Assembly (NCBI GenBank): GCA_040357565.1
Contig: JBDODJ010000040.1
DNA from: Cercozoa sp. M6MM
Lineage: Eukaryota; Protista; Endomyxa: Ascetosporea
Length of the DNA: 64,000 nucleotides
Direction: 5' to 3' (one strand)
Under the pieces are notes generated by a model that worked only from the letters and a program-made list of their open reading frames with translations, was not told where the DNA came from and did not search any database. This document shows, in pieces, positions 1 to 18,795 of this stretch. How positions within the stretch are numbered: position 1 is the first letter of the stretch; each line of letters starts with the position of its first letter. The position numbers and the translations under genes are program-made.

Positions 1-60
<60 letters not shown>
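1..60. repeat. (CA)n microsatellite, probably intronic
   Basis: Near-perfect CA run at the window edge. Confidence 0.95.
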
Positions 61-65
<5 letters not shown>

Positions 66-115
66 GTTAACCCGAGGTCTCAGCCTTGCGAGTTGAGTGA
101 GCCAAGAGAACAAAC

Positions 116-185
116 CATCGGTGCAGGTGACGTTCGTGTCCTGCGCGAGAACGGCGCTCGCCAAAACCGAAGCAAGCAGCAACAT
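116..185 (-). CDS. First coding exon of a probable secreted or membrane protein (runs off the window)
   Basis: ATG at 185 gives MLLLASVLASAVLAQDTNVTCTD, a signal-peptide-like N-terminus with an NVT sequon, then a GT donor at 115. Confidence 0.4.
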
Positions 186-422
186 CGCAGGTCGGGAGCT
201 GATTGCGTAAATAACCCAAGTGTCGCGTGTGACTGTGCGACTGGACTGCAGACAAGAGACGCAGCAAAGCACAAAAGATTACGAGCGAGCGGACAGCCCG
301 CTGCCTTGGACATCCTCGTTTGCAAACTGCGAGCGTCCGCGCGGATGCTCAAACAAGCTTGTTTGGTATTTTTTTTAGTTGAGTGAAATGATATCGATCC
401 ACCTGCACCGCCATACTAACTA

Positions 423-635
423 TATCGTAGGATACACGACACGATATTGTTTAACTCAGTTTGTCCGCGACTCATCGGTGTGCGTGTTGACGTCGTGTTG
501 GTTACATTAACGCGCGATTAATCTAAACCAGATTAACCGCGGAGATATGATCGGATCAACGCAAGCTGGACAAACTGAAAGTAGGTATTTAATCGTGTCA
601 GTATCTCCGTCAGACGAACGTCACGAGATGCGATA
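423..635. other. Nested inverted-repeat (foldback) element directly after the Sec24 stop codon
   Basis: Stems 431-445/592-605, 456-466/568-578 (perfect 11 bp), 481-490/556-563 and a terminal hairpin at about 513-541. Confidence 0.55.
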
Positions 636-638
636 CTG

Positions 639-5389
<4,751 letters not shown>

Positions 5390-5696
5390 GCTATCGCGCT
5401 TGAACTCCGATCCTCGCTCTGACATCCCGAGTCGTGTTTACCGCATCCTTAAAATGGTCAACGGCTTGTCCATTTCTGAGTTTTTAAGGAAAATGTCAAT
5501 GTTTCGTTGATGAACCGGTGTTTTAGTGGTGGCACACGCGTTTCAGCTGTATTACGCGTGTAAATTTTTATTTCATTGGCTCGATCGCGTCAGGGGCACG
5601 ATCGTTTTTTTGACAGCGCATCGTTCCCCGCGTCGCAATTCTGCAGTCCTTGTACGGAGGTGCACCTCGTGCGCTCATTCGCAACACATTGACGCA
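5390..5696. promoter_or_regulatory. Probable bidirectional promoter, Sec24 / PAQR
   Basis: About 300 bp, T-tract rich, between divergent ATGs. The same layout recurs at 13771-14005, 44448-44713, 47578-47844 and 55516-55802. Confidence 0.5.
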
Positions 5697-7637
5697 ATGA
5701 CTGATTTGCACGTGTACGACTTCGACGAAGACGAAGTTCCACATTACCTTCGCGACAAGTACGTTAGATCAACTTCTCTTTTATTCGGATCAAAAAAGCC
5801 GTGATTTTACCTTTTTTGTGCAGTCCAAATATCAAACGCGGATACCGTGCAAATTACTGCTTTCGCAAGTGCTTTCGCTCACTGTTTACGCTGCACAATG
5901 AACTTCTGAACATCTGTACTGCATTTAATGTCGTACCCTGCACTCTCGATGTGGAGGTGTATGGTCTTTTGTATGGTCTTTTGTAGGGTCGCACCTGCTG
6001 GGTTTCGCGTGCTTTGTGACTCTGCTAATTTGGACGCTTCTGCAAACGCCGCATCTGCGCGAGTTGCGACTCCAGTTGCAGCACCTACAGCACGCGCCTG
6101 CTGCTTCAGTGTGCGTGGCCACGCCGGAGGGTCAGTGCCTGGAACAGTGTCCACATCCGTCGTTTCTGCTGTACAACGACGACTACGCCTATGCAGAAAA
6201 CGAAAGAAACGCTGTTGTGTTCGACGACATCTCGGAGCATGATCTTGAGGGTATGCTGCACGGCGCACTTGACCGCGTTGCTGTCGAGGTAGAAATTGTG
6301 CTTGCAACTGTACAGTCGCTGTTGTAACAACTATCATAATGACTGTGCAGGCTTTTGCGGACATCTCGTCCTTTATCAGTCACGTCACACAGGACATTGA
6401 AGGTGCCTCTTCAATTCTATGTGTTTCTTTCTGCATGTATGTGCGTGGATGCGTTGTTGGCAGATGTCATGAAGCGTACGCGCAGGAAGCTTGACTTGGA
6501 AATTGCCAGGGAGGTATGGACACATCTAGGTTATCGTGATGATACAGGACATCGATTGGTGTGTGGTGTGTGTCACCTGAATACAGTCGGCGGAGGAGTG
6601 GCTGCGAAAGCGATTGCGTGCGCTGAGTGGCTCGTTGAACAGTCGACTCGGCCGCGACAGTCATGCCGTCCAGCTTTGTCGCAACAGCACTGCCGGTGAT
6701 GCCGCAGTCGAAGGCAGTACTGTCCGATTGCATGCGCTGGAGCAGTGGTTTCATCACGTTTTTGTCCTATAGGATATGGTGCTATCTAAACTTGACTTAG
6801 GCCCGTGCTGATCTTCTTGTTGTCTGCTGCTCTATGTCTACTCTTCTCTGCGGTAGCACAGTGTCCCTCCTACTCTTGGAATGTGTCTTGTGTATGCATG
6901 TTTCTGCAGGCATATCACACGTTCCTGTCGCATCACAAAAAGTCGGTGAGCGACCTGTTCCAGCGACTCGACTACAGCGGCATTGCGCTTTTGATCGGCG
7001 GTTCAACGTTTCCTGTTGTACCATTGTCCGTTCCCTATCGTTAATTGCACCTCTTTGTGCACTCGGTGTGTGTAGATTTACTACGCCTTCTACTGCGACG
7101 ACACGTTGCGTCGGGCTTACTCGACGCTGTGCTTTGTATCGTGTTTGGTCGGTTTCGTCGTCACGACAAGCGAACGAGCAATGCAGCACAAGTACCGGAC
7201 GCCGCGATCGATGTAATCTATCCCTAAGGGACTTCTTACATGCACGAAGCTCAGCCTCTTCGATGTACACTTTTGCTATTATTCCCCAGGCTGTTCGTCG
7301 GCATGGCTGCGAGTGGCATTGTGCCGTTGGCGCACTTGATCTACAGAGACGGCTGGCAACCCGTGTGGATGCTAGATGTTCTCGTTATGGGTATGTCCGT
7401 TATAATTTGCGCAAAGTTCTCGTCTGCGAACACATATGTTACTGTGTAGGCGCGACGTATTTGCTCGGCGTGGCCTTCTACGTCACGCAGTTCCCAGAGA
7501 CGTGTGCACCAGGACGGTTTGATTACGTGGCTGCCTCACATCAGCTGTGGCACGCCGCTGTTCTCGCGGCCGCGCTCATGCACTACCGCGCAGTTCAGGG
7601 CATCGTCACATGGCGCACTGAACGTCTGTGCGTCTGA
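5697..7637 (+). CDS. PAQR / adiponectin-receptor / HlyIII family 7TM protein (about 10 introns)
   Basis: IKRGYR..FRSLFTLHNELLNIWSHLLG; SAAYHTF; LDYSGIALLIGGS; YVTQFPE..PGRFDYVAASHQLWH..H. Confidence 0.92.
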
Positions 7638-7907
7638 GCCTCTTGCACTGAGCCCGGGAACGCTGGTTATGCTGCGATAGCATTTTAAAAACTTGGGGAG
7701 CGGAGCTTTCGGGGAGAAATCCGAACTAAAAAAACACAAGAGAAACGTCTCCTTTAATTATTTTCTTTTTGCACAGTCTTTATTGCCACCTTCGCTGTAG
7801 GGTGTTGCACACGGTTAGAGGGGCATCAAAGTGCGAATAACTTTAAGGACACACACGGGCACACACTGATTGGGTTGGCTTATAGCGGGAGGAATTTTAT
7901 CTTCTGA

Positions 7908-10753
7908 ATGCAAGCTCGCCCCGTCGAGAAACGCCTGAAGGTGTACTCAGGTGTGTTCGTGGCGCATGAATCTCCTGAAAAACTTGAGCGTCTTGAGGTG
8001 TGTTGAGTGCTAACATGTGCTAGGTGCTATTTGTTCTGTTCTGTACACACATGTTGTTTGTTCGCAGAAAGGCGACAAAGTATTGATGCCGCCGGACCTG
8101 TTGGAAACCATCTGCAACGTCAACCGCAACGCACAACTGCCGCACCCGTATCTTAGGGATTTTCTGTGTCTGTTATTCAGACATTGTTCCTTCCTGCAGC
8201 ACGGTGTTCCTCGTGCGCGTACAAGAGACAGGCTTCAAGTCGCACTGCGGTGTGCTGGAATACACAGCGCCTGCTGGTTGCTGCATTATGCCGCGTTGGA
8301 TGGTAGCTGCTTTACTTCCTCTGCTTTCATGTTAACTTTCTGCCAATCCTTTGCACCCTCAGATGAGGAACCTCGACCTCAAGGACGGTGCCGATGTTGT
8401 CGTGCGACTCTGCGTCTCGCTGCCGAAACTGCGCTTTGCCAAGTTCAAGAGTGTTCCCACCGACGAAGGGTATCTCTTGTTCCGAGAGAGTGTGCACTGT
8501 TTGTACTCATGTTGCTGGGTGGCAGGTCCTCGCAGTTTGCTGCTCAAACGCGCAACCCGAAAGCAGCCTTGCAGCACATCTTCCAGAAATTCACCTGCCT
8601 GACTGTTGGTAGTTTGCACCAGCTTCCCCCTGAGCGCTGACTGTACTATGTTATGCTTTTGTACCTGCAGGTGACAGGATAGAAGTGCGAACCTCCAACG
8701 GTCGCCGGTTCGGACTCGAGGTGTGCGAGGTCAAAACAACAATGTCGGTGGAGGCTGGCACTATCGTGGACACTGACCTTGAGGTAGATAGCTTCAGGAG
8801 GGAGAGGTGGTCCGACACAGCATTTGTGCGGTATGAATCCCTTTCTACTTTTGGACAGGTTGAGTTCGAAGACGAGTCTCCAGAGTCGGAACATTCTGAG
8901 GAGGATGCAGTCCATGTGCTGGAGATGAGTGAGGTGGCCGAGATGGACCTGGCGCCCGACGCCTCGCGTTTCTTCCGTGTCAAACGCGCCCATCCCGACG
9001 GTATGGACCTGGTACTGTCCCTGACTATTCTTGTTGCCACAAAGTAGCAAGCACGACCCTATGTGTACAGAAGGTTACAGTGTCGAGAACCTCCAACTCT
9101 GGCGATCCTGACTTGTATTCTTGTGCACTCATATGCTCTATGACCTGCCTATCCTCTATGCTTCTTTGTAGATACGCTTCAGTACAACACATGCGGCCCA
9201 GTATTGCCGACAATCGACACGAGTTCCGCGCCTGTCTGGCGGCACCTCAGGACGAACTGATTGGTACTTACCCTTCCCAGATTACCTATCTGCTTTTGTA
9301 TATCTCCGTCAAGTAGTCTCATGTCGCGATACACAACAAGCCTGGGTGTACGTGGCGGTGCACGCGTTTCCTCGCGCCGGCTCAGTGTCCTGCCGTATCG
9401 TGGCACAGGAGGTCCGCTCTATGCCAGTTCCTTCTCTCTGTTTTTCATTGGTATGGGGTGTGTCTGTGTGAGTGCAGGTGGCACCGCAGGAAGAAGTCGA
9501 AACACGCGATGAAAGTTCCGGCAACGACAATAGTCTCGCTGCGGACGATACTGGTATCTTTCTTCCTGCACTGCATGTGTGTTGACAGTTGTACCTCTAC
9601 CTGAGCAGGCCCACCGCAGCCGGGTCAGGTACAGTGCGACACCTGTGGTCGTAACATTGCCGCCGCGGCCATGCGAATGCACTCGTTACACTGTGCACGC
9701 CGGCAACAGCGAGTCAGGCGGTGTCAGGTGAGTCCACATCCATACACTTCTGCCTACATTAGCCTATCTTTCCTTACCATTTACTAGCACTGTCGGTATG
9801 CATGTACAGACCTGTGGCAAGACTGTGGCGGCCAAGGTGTTCGACCAGGGCCAACATGTGCACTGTGGTCACGCCGAGTGCGACTTGCTGTTTGAGGGTG
9901 AACACGCGCAGGGCGAACTTGAGAAACACACTTGTCTGCATCATGGTACAGGCACAGATACATACTTGTCCTGTGTGTGTCTTGTATGTGTATCCCTTGG
10001 TCTGGTCTCTACGCAGGCGACTACGTGATTCCCTGCGCGTGTGGACAGTTGGTGCCGCCGTTCGAACTCACGCAGCATCAGCAGCACTGTCCTGTGGCAC
10101 CCATGGTGAGTATACTCTGTGGAATAATACATGAGATGAACGATAGGCACAAGAACACATGTGATGTGCAGGAGTGTCAGTTTTGCAAGGTGCACATTCC
10201 GCGCAGCGACTTTGCGCAGCACGAGGAGTACTGCGGCTCCACGTACATTTTTCTTCTTCCCTCTATGTCCGCTCTGTGTCTTGAGAATAGTGCGGGGAAC
10301 CTCTCTGTGCTCAGAACGACACAGTGCCCAGTGTGTAACAAGGCCACGCCACGCAAGTACTTGGACAACCATCTGTACCTCTCCTTTGTTGGACACATAC
10401 GATATGTGCACGGAAAATACTGTGTAGTGCCGCCTTCCACGGCATCGATCCCACCATGCCCGATGAGTACACCTGTTGCAGCTTTACTGTGTGTCGAGAA
10501 TAAGCACGTCACATGTATGTAGGAACAAGGAGATCGCCGTCGCAATGGCACGCAGCGACAGCAACCCGGCCGTGTACGTCTTCTGAATCTACTCACCAAG
10601 GTTTCAATCTGTATGTGCGTGTGTTGGTTCCGTAGGAACCCGCGCTCTGCGGCGACCTTTTCAGCGGCGCCAACTGTCGCAAGAACACACGTGCCCACCA
10701 GCAACCCGAATGATGATGTCGAGGATCAACTCATTGCACAGGTAATCCCTTGC

Positions 10754-10804
<51 letters not shown>

Positions 10805-11288
10805 CGCATCCCATGCGCTCTGTCTCGCCAGGCGATTGCTGCCAGTCTGGCTGATGCTTCCTCCGGCAACTCTTCGGTACTCCTGTGACTCCCTGTATGC
10901 GTGCGTATATGCGTCTACGTGTGCATCCTCGCATGTCCATGTCGAGTAGAACAGAGCCGCGCCGCCACAAGCCGAGCGAGAGGAGAAGTCTCCCGAGCAA
11001 GACGGCGCAGTGCCGATGGAGCAGTCGCCGGCGTCCTCATCGGAGGAACAACCGTAGTGTTTTCTGTGTTCTGTTTGTCCGTACCCATGCGTGTGTGTCA
11101 CACACTTTGTGTCTCACAGAGTCGACCTGTCCAAGTTCGCCGTTGCTGATACCGACTGGGGCGACATTGACGGTACTCACAAACATCCATGTCATTAAGT
11201 CGTGTGTTCGAGTGACTAATGCATGGTGTTTTTGGGCACTGTAGGCGACTGGGGCGGTCAGGGTGGCGACGACAACGAGTGGTGGTGA
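7908..11288 (+). CDS. UFD1-domain protein with TRAF/XAF1-like Zn fingers and a UIM
   Basis: GDKVLMPP, HCGVLEYTAP..MPRWMMRNLDL, NPKAALQ..FTCLTVGD, IVDTDLEVEF (UFD1); repeated C-x2-C..H-x3-C fingers; EDQLIAQAIAASLAD (UIM); stop at 11286-11288. Confidence 0.85.
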
Positions 11289-11344
11289 TCCTCCCCTGTT
11301 CCAGTCCACGCACTGGACCAGTTCGGTTACTCGAGTCTAGATCT

Positions 11345-11715
11345 CTCTGCGCTGCTGATAAGAAAGCGGACCTGTTACCGCAGCCTTTCAGAAATTGAGG
11401 CTTTGGTAGTGCAAAAGAGTACTATGCCAGGAAAAAGACTAAAGAAACAAATGGAACGATGTGAAGAAAAATTGAGTCAGTAGGCGTACAGTGGAGTAGT
11501 CGGTTCAGATGTGGTTGCCCCAAGATAGGGTCGGCAAAGTACAGGAAGTAGACTGGTCGGGAAGGAAGAGAGGCCCGGTAGTCAGAAGAAGGAAGGAAGG
11601 AGAAGGAGGGACGTAAAGGAGAAAAAGAAAGGCTCTCTGTGCTGGTGAGTAGAGAGCCTTTTCAGGAAAGGAGCGAAATCTTGCTTTTGGGGTCAGTCAG
11701 ACAAACTCAATACAC
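11345..11715 (+). mobile_element. Possible decayed 3' end of a non-LTR retroelement
   Basis: Purine-rich, intron-free block with a stop-interrupted frame loosely resembling the end of the 51.9 kb element; hairpin AAAGGCTCTCT..AGAGAGCCTTT at about 11628-11661. Confidence 0.3.
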
Positions 11716-11832
11716 CACACTTCTCAAAGTGCTTGAATAACTTTCTTCCGCGCGGAGCACCAGAACTCAGACAGATCCGACTGGCCGGATGGAAAATACC
11801 GTTTCGTAACAGACCAGTTGCGTTAAAAGTGG

Positions 11833-13770
<1,938 letters not shown>

Positions 13771-14005
13771 ACTAAGCAGCCTCCAAAAGACCCGCACGCA
13801 GAAGCACACGTTTGTAGTACTGTAGCGTTTGCGTCTCAAACAGCGTTCGCGCCATCGGCTCACACGATCATTTTGAGCCGACAGATAGATACCAATCTTT
13901 GGTGCTTATTCCGTGATCAAGGCGTGTATCTGCACGGCTGGTGCTAAGTTTGGTAGGTTCAGCATAGTTGTGCGCCTAGTGGCCGCAGGTGGCACTTTTG
14001 GCACG

Positions 14006-14400
14006 ATGCCGACGCCGGTGCGGCGGCGCTCGACACGCAAGTCGATGTACAAGAGCGAGCGCACGATCCGCGAGGAGCAGGAACAGCAGCAGGCAGCAAA
14101 CGTACCGCAGCGTCGGTCGAAGCGCAAGGTGGCAAGTACGCCCGTGCGCAGCTCGCTGTCCTCGGCCGGCGCGCCTGTGCCGACTGTCCGGAGCACGCGA
14201 GTCGCGCGGCCGAAACCAACGACGGCTCAGACCAAAGCAAAGACTCAGACAAAGGCAAGGACTCTCAGGAAAGCGAAGACGCAACAGACTGGAGCAAAGA
14301 GTACCAGCAGCTCCAAGCCAGCACGCAGCAGGAAGTCCAAAGTCGGCACGACGAAAGCTCACGACAGCAAGGTGCTTTTTTCTCTTGCTTTCTCTTGTCG

Positions 14401-14451
<51 letters not shown>

Positions 14452-16137
14452 CTTGTTGTTGTTTTTTGTTGTTTTTATTCTTCTGTTGTGCAGTCGGAAG
14501 AGTCCAACGACGATGAGTTTCAGCTGCGTCAGGACGACGTCGACATGGACACCGACCTCGGTAGCTGCAGCGACAGCGACGACGCCTCCGACGATGACCT
14601 CGATGTACCTTTTCCCCGGCCCGCCGGGGCGGACTCTCATCTTACCCCCCCATATTACCCATGTTTACCTCCCTCTTTAACCCATCTTTACCCCTCCTTA
14701 CCCTTTCTTCCCTCCCATATCCCCCCCCCCGCAGGAGGAGAACGACGAGCGTGCACGCGAGCGGCACTACCACCTGCCCAGCGGCAACGGCGTCTTTCTG
14801 CGCGCGCAGCGACGCGACCTCGCTCCTGGCGAGAGGGTACTTCCTTGCTCTCATTCCACCCTCCTACACTTTCTACCTACCCTTGTAAGTACATATCTAT
14901 TAACTTATACACCACAGAGGTCCACCGGCTCACGTGCGAGCCAGAAGCAGCGCGAGTTCGGCGTACTGTCCGCCGCCGGATTCCGGGCCTGTGCCGGCTA
15001 CCCGAACGAGGCCGCCTATTCTGTACAGCGCCGTGCCGCGTCGGCGCGCCAGCTGAGTCGCAACGTGACACGCGCAGCACGCCGACTGCTCGGCCTCGTG
15101 GGCAGCTCGCTGCTCAAGTCCTCCAGCGACTTCCTCGTGCAGCGCTCGCTCTTTCCGCGCGCAAGCTGTAGCGACGCGTGGTACTCTACCCTACCTCCTG
15201 ACCCTACCTCCTGACCCTACCTCCTATCCCTACCTCCTATCCCTACCTCCTATCCCTACCTNNNNNNNNNNCCTCCTATCCCTACCTCCTATCCCTACCT
15301 CCTATCCCTACCTCCTATTCCTACCTCCTATTCCTACCTACCCCTACCTCTTACCTCTACCTCCTACCCTACCTACCCCTACCTCTTACCTCTACCTCCT
15401 ACCCTACCTCCTACCCCTACCCGAGCTCCTACCACTACCCCTATCCCCCATTACCCTAAACTGGCCGGTGTAGCGACAGCGACGAACTGATGCTGCCGGT
15501 GGCTTTGTTCCGCGCGGCTGCGTCGTCGAGTGATCACACGTCACTGCTGTGCGGCAATACGCGCGGCTTGGCACACGCGCTGGCACAGGCGTCGGCGCGC
15601 TTCTACGGCATCGATGACGAGCAGGCCTCGGCGCCTCCGTCGGCCGCTGCCTTGCTGGACGAGGCCACTGACCAGGACACTGACCCGGACACTGACCCGG
15701 GGACTGACCTGGAGGAGGAGCAGCAGCAGGAGCAGGAACAGGACCACGAGCAAAGGAGCGTGCCGAAAGCGACAGGCATGGGCGCACGCAGGTGGCGTGC
15801 CATGCCGGCACTGACGGTGCACCTGACACTGGACGAGTGTCAGTCGCTCAGCGTGGCCGAGAATGCCATCGCGCGCCAGTTGTCGCGTTTCACACAGGTG
15901 TTGCCGCCGCCGCATGTCGCCCCGTGGACACGTGCCTGCGTGCGGCACTGCGCGCTGCGCTTCCACGACGCCTCGCTGCCGCCCTACGAGGACGTGGCTG
16001 CCCACAGTGCCGACACCGACACTCCCACTCCCGTCGACCCCAAGGACTTTGATGAGGAACACCACGAGGCCGGCGCACCTGCCAGGAAGTCTCGGCGCTC
16101 TGTCAAGCGACCTGACTACGCCGAGAAAGGTACACAC

Positions 16138-16188
<51 letters not shown>

Positions 16189-18613
16189 CTCTGACCTTGT
16201 CCTTGGCTTTACCTGTGTCCTACTTATAGGTATACAAGGTCGCACGAGTCTGCAAGAGCGACTGGGCGACCTGTGCGAGCACTCCAAGTGGCGCGACCAC
16301 CAGGACTACGTGCGCCGCGTGTACCGCGCTGTCTTCCGTCGGCGCGGCTGGGTGCAGCAGGTGCGACGCGACTGTAGCTGCGCCTCTCAGGCCGCTGCAG
16401 CTGGTCAGAAACGTCCGCGCGGACACCAAGAGCAGTGTGCTGCGTGGTGCGCATCGCGCGTGCGACCCGCCGTGGTGGACCGGCGGCCGCCGCTGGTGGT
16501 GTGCCTGCACGACGCCGAGCTGGTGCCGCCGCGCGTGCTGGCCGAGCTGCTGCGCCGCCTGGGCGAGCTGCGCCGCGCCTCGTGCTCGCCGGCCGAGCGC
16601 CTGTTTGCCAACTGCGACGGTGACTCTGACCCAGGTGAGCAGGGCAACGTGGACCCAGTTGACCCGGGAGTGCCGGTGGCGGTGCTGCTGGCGTCGACGC
16701 AGGTGCGACTGCTAGCGAAGCGACTGCCGGCGGCGGCGCGACGCAGTACACGACTGCGCGTGTTCACGTCGCCGTCGGAGATGTCGCTGCGCGAGGCGTT
16801 CTACGAGCGACTGCTGCTGCGGCACGGCAACGGCGACGGCTTTGGCCTGGCACTCAGCTCGCGCGTGCTCGAGTGCCTGCTCGACCTGGACGAGGACACA
16901 CCGGCGCTGCTGCAGGCGGCGCGTCGCCTCTCGGTGCTGCTGGCGCTGCACTGCTTCCGCCAGCCACTGGCCTGGCTCGCACAGTACCTCGACGTGGCGC
17001 ACGACCAGAGCGATGTCACCGGCCACGACGCGCGGCGTGCGCGACAGCGACAGCGATTGCGCCGTTCGCGGCATGCGCAGCAGTGCCACCGCCTGTGTCT
17101 CGACATTGACCGGCCTGTGAGTGAGTGGACACTCAACGATACCGACAGCGACAATACCGACTGGGACAATACTGACAGGGACAATACCGACAGGGACGAT
17201 ACTGACGGGGATGTTGTCGATGACGAGGATTCCGACGCGACCGTCGTACGCGTGCTCATGTCGGTGCTAACCGAGAGCGACTGCGAGTACCTGTGCTCGC
17301 TGCCTTCGGTGCCTGCTGTCCGCGGTCGCTCGCGCTCGCAGCGAGTGCAGCAGGCGCTGCTGCAACTGCGCCGGCACATGCGCACACTCGGCGCGGCCAC
17401 TGCTGTGTTCGTCGGTGCCTGGAGACAGGTAGACACCTATCAGTAGGTCCACTGTGTTACACATCGTTGTTGGATCGCACAGGCCAAGCCAAGGGGAGCT
17501 CCCTTGTCGCGACTCGACGTACTCATGTCGATACAGCGCAGCAAGGTCGACCTCGGCATGCTGCGGGACCTGGCCCAGACAGTGCTGGCCACGGCGGATA
17601 CCGACTCGGTACGACACACGTACAAACTCCTGGCACAACACGGTCGCATCTTCCGCGCGGAGCGACGACAGCTCCGAGAGATCCTCCGCGTGTACGACAA
17701 GAGCAAGAGCGAGCGTGTCACTGTGTCTGCTGGTGGAAGTCGTGGTACACCTGTCCCTGTCTAGTACCCTGCCGAGTGACAGTGCTTATAAATGCACCTG
17801 GCAATGCAGCATCGAGGTTGCGAATGGCTGCACGCAAGCACACTCAGGCCCAAGGCATGGGCGACCTGCACACCTTGCGGTAGAGTGACTACTCTTTTGT
17901 ACTGATGGATACGAGTACACGCTGTGCCCTTCCTCTACCACAGACAGTCGATGGCACAGTTCTGGCACAACTTTGCGCGCGCCTTTTTCGTGCCGACGCA
18001 GAGTCTGCCGCTGCACGAGATCGTGCTCTTCGGCGATCACCGCCGCCTGCGCGAGCGTGTGAGTCTTTGCCTTTGGTTTTTGCTTGTGTTGTAACTTGTG
18101 TACTGCGTGTGGTTTGTGTTTGTTGTGCGTGCACAGTGCGGCACAGCACAGCGACCACTCATGATGGCTCAGTTGCGACACCCGGAACGTTATCTCGCGT
18201 CACCCAACGAGGACCTCTCAGAGGCAGAAGACATGCAGGTACGAACGAAACTTATTCTCTCCTGTCTGTTCTCTGTACTAAGTTGTGTTGTGTTGCAGTT
18301 GCTGACAGACCTGCTGTTGAAGCAGCCGCGTCTGGTGAATCTGCAGTCGCTGTTCGCATGGTGGATCGCCGCTCGAAAGAAGGCCAATGGCAAGGACGAT
18401 GACAGGGAGAACAAGGACAACCTGGATGAGGACAACGAGGACGTCGATGACGACGAGTCTGCTCCTGCGGCTGCGTCGACAGAGTCCAGCGAGGAGACCA
18501 CGGAACTTCAGTGTCGTTTCCGTGCCTTACTGCTCGACTTGCAGGCGATCGGTCTCATACGCTCGTCCACCAAGAGGAAGGACCACGTCGAGCGTATCTC
18601 TTTCTTTGTTTAA
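14006..18613 (+). CDS. ORC3: Origin recognition complex subunit 3
   Basis: LPVALF..SSDH; LVVCLHDAELVPPRVLAELL; LALSSRVLECLLD; LHCFRQPLAWL; C-terminal winged helix RFRALLLDLQAIGLIRSSTKRKDHVERI. Confidence 0.85.
15190..15445 (+). repeat. Intronic 13-bp minisatellite (CCTACCTCCTATC)n with a gap
   Basis: Direct reading, inside the ORC3 intron starting at 15181. Confidence 0.85.
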
Positions 18614-18795
18614 GCACTCGATACTCACTATAAGTCGTGTACGCGACGATCGGATAGTAAAAAACTGCACCGCACTAGTTGAATACTTCAGTGCTCGTCG
18701 ATATTTCAGTGACGTCGGATATTTCAGTGAACTTGTAGCATAGTTGTGTGACTGCTATTCGAACGAAACGTAATAAAAGGCGCACGACGCAGTGT

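Noticed and set aside
455-480. Hammerhead-like CCGATGA-GTC-GCG-GAC-AAAC on the - strand
   Set aside because: Core residues are wrong (CUGA is CCGA and GAAA lacks its G), and I found no stem I/III with a cleavage triplet.
18680-18732. Direct repeat GATATTTCAGTGA x2 between ORC3 and ArgRS as a CRISPR-like or regulatory array
   Set aside because: Only 2-3 short copies with no spacers; a simple local duplication.
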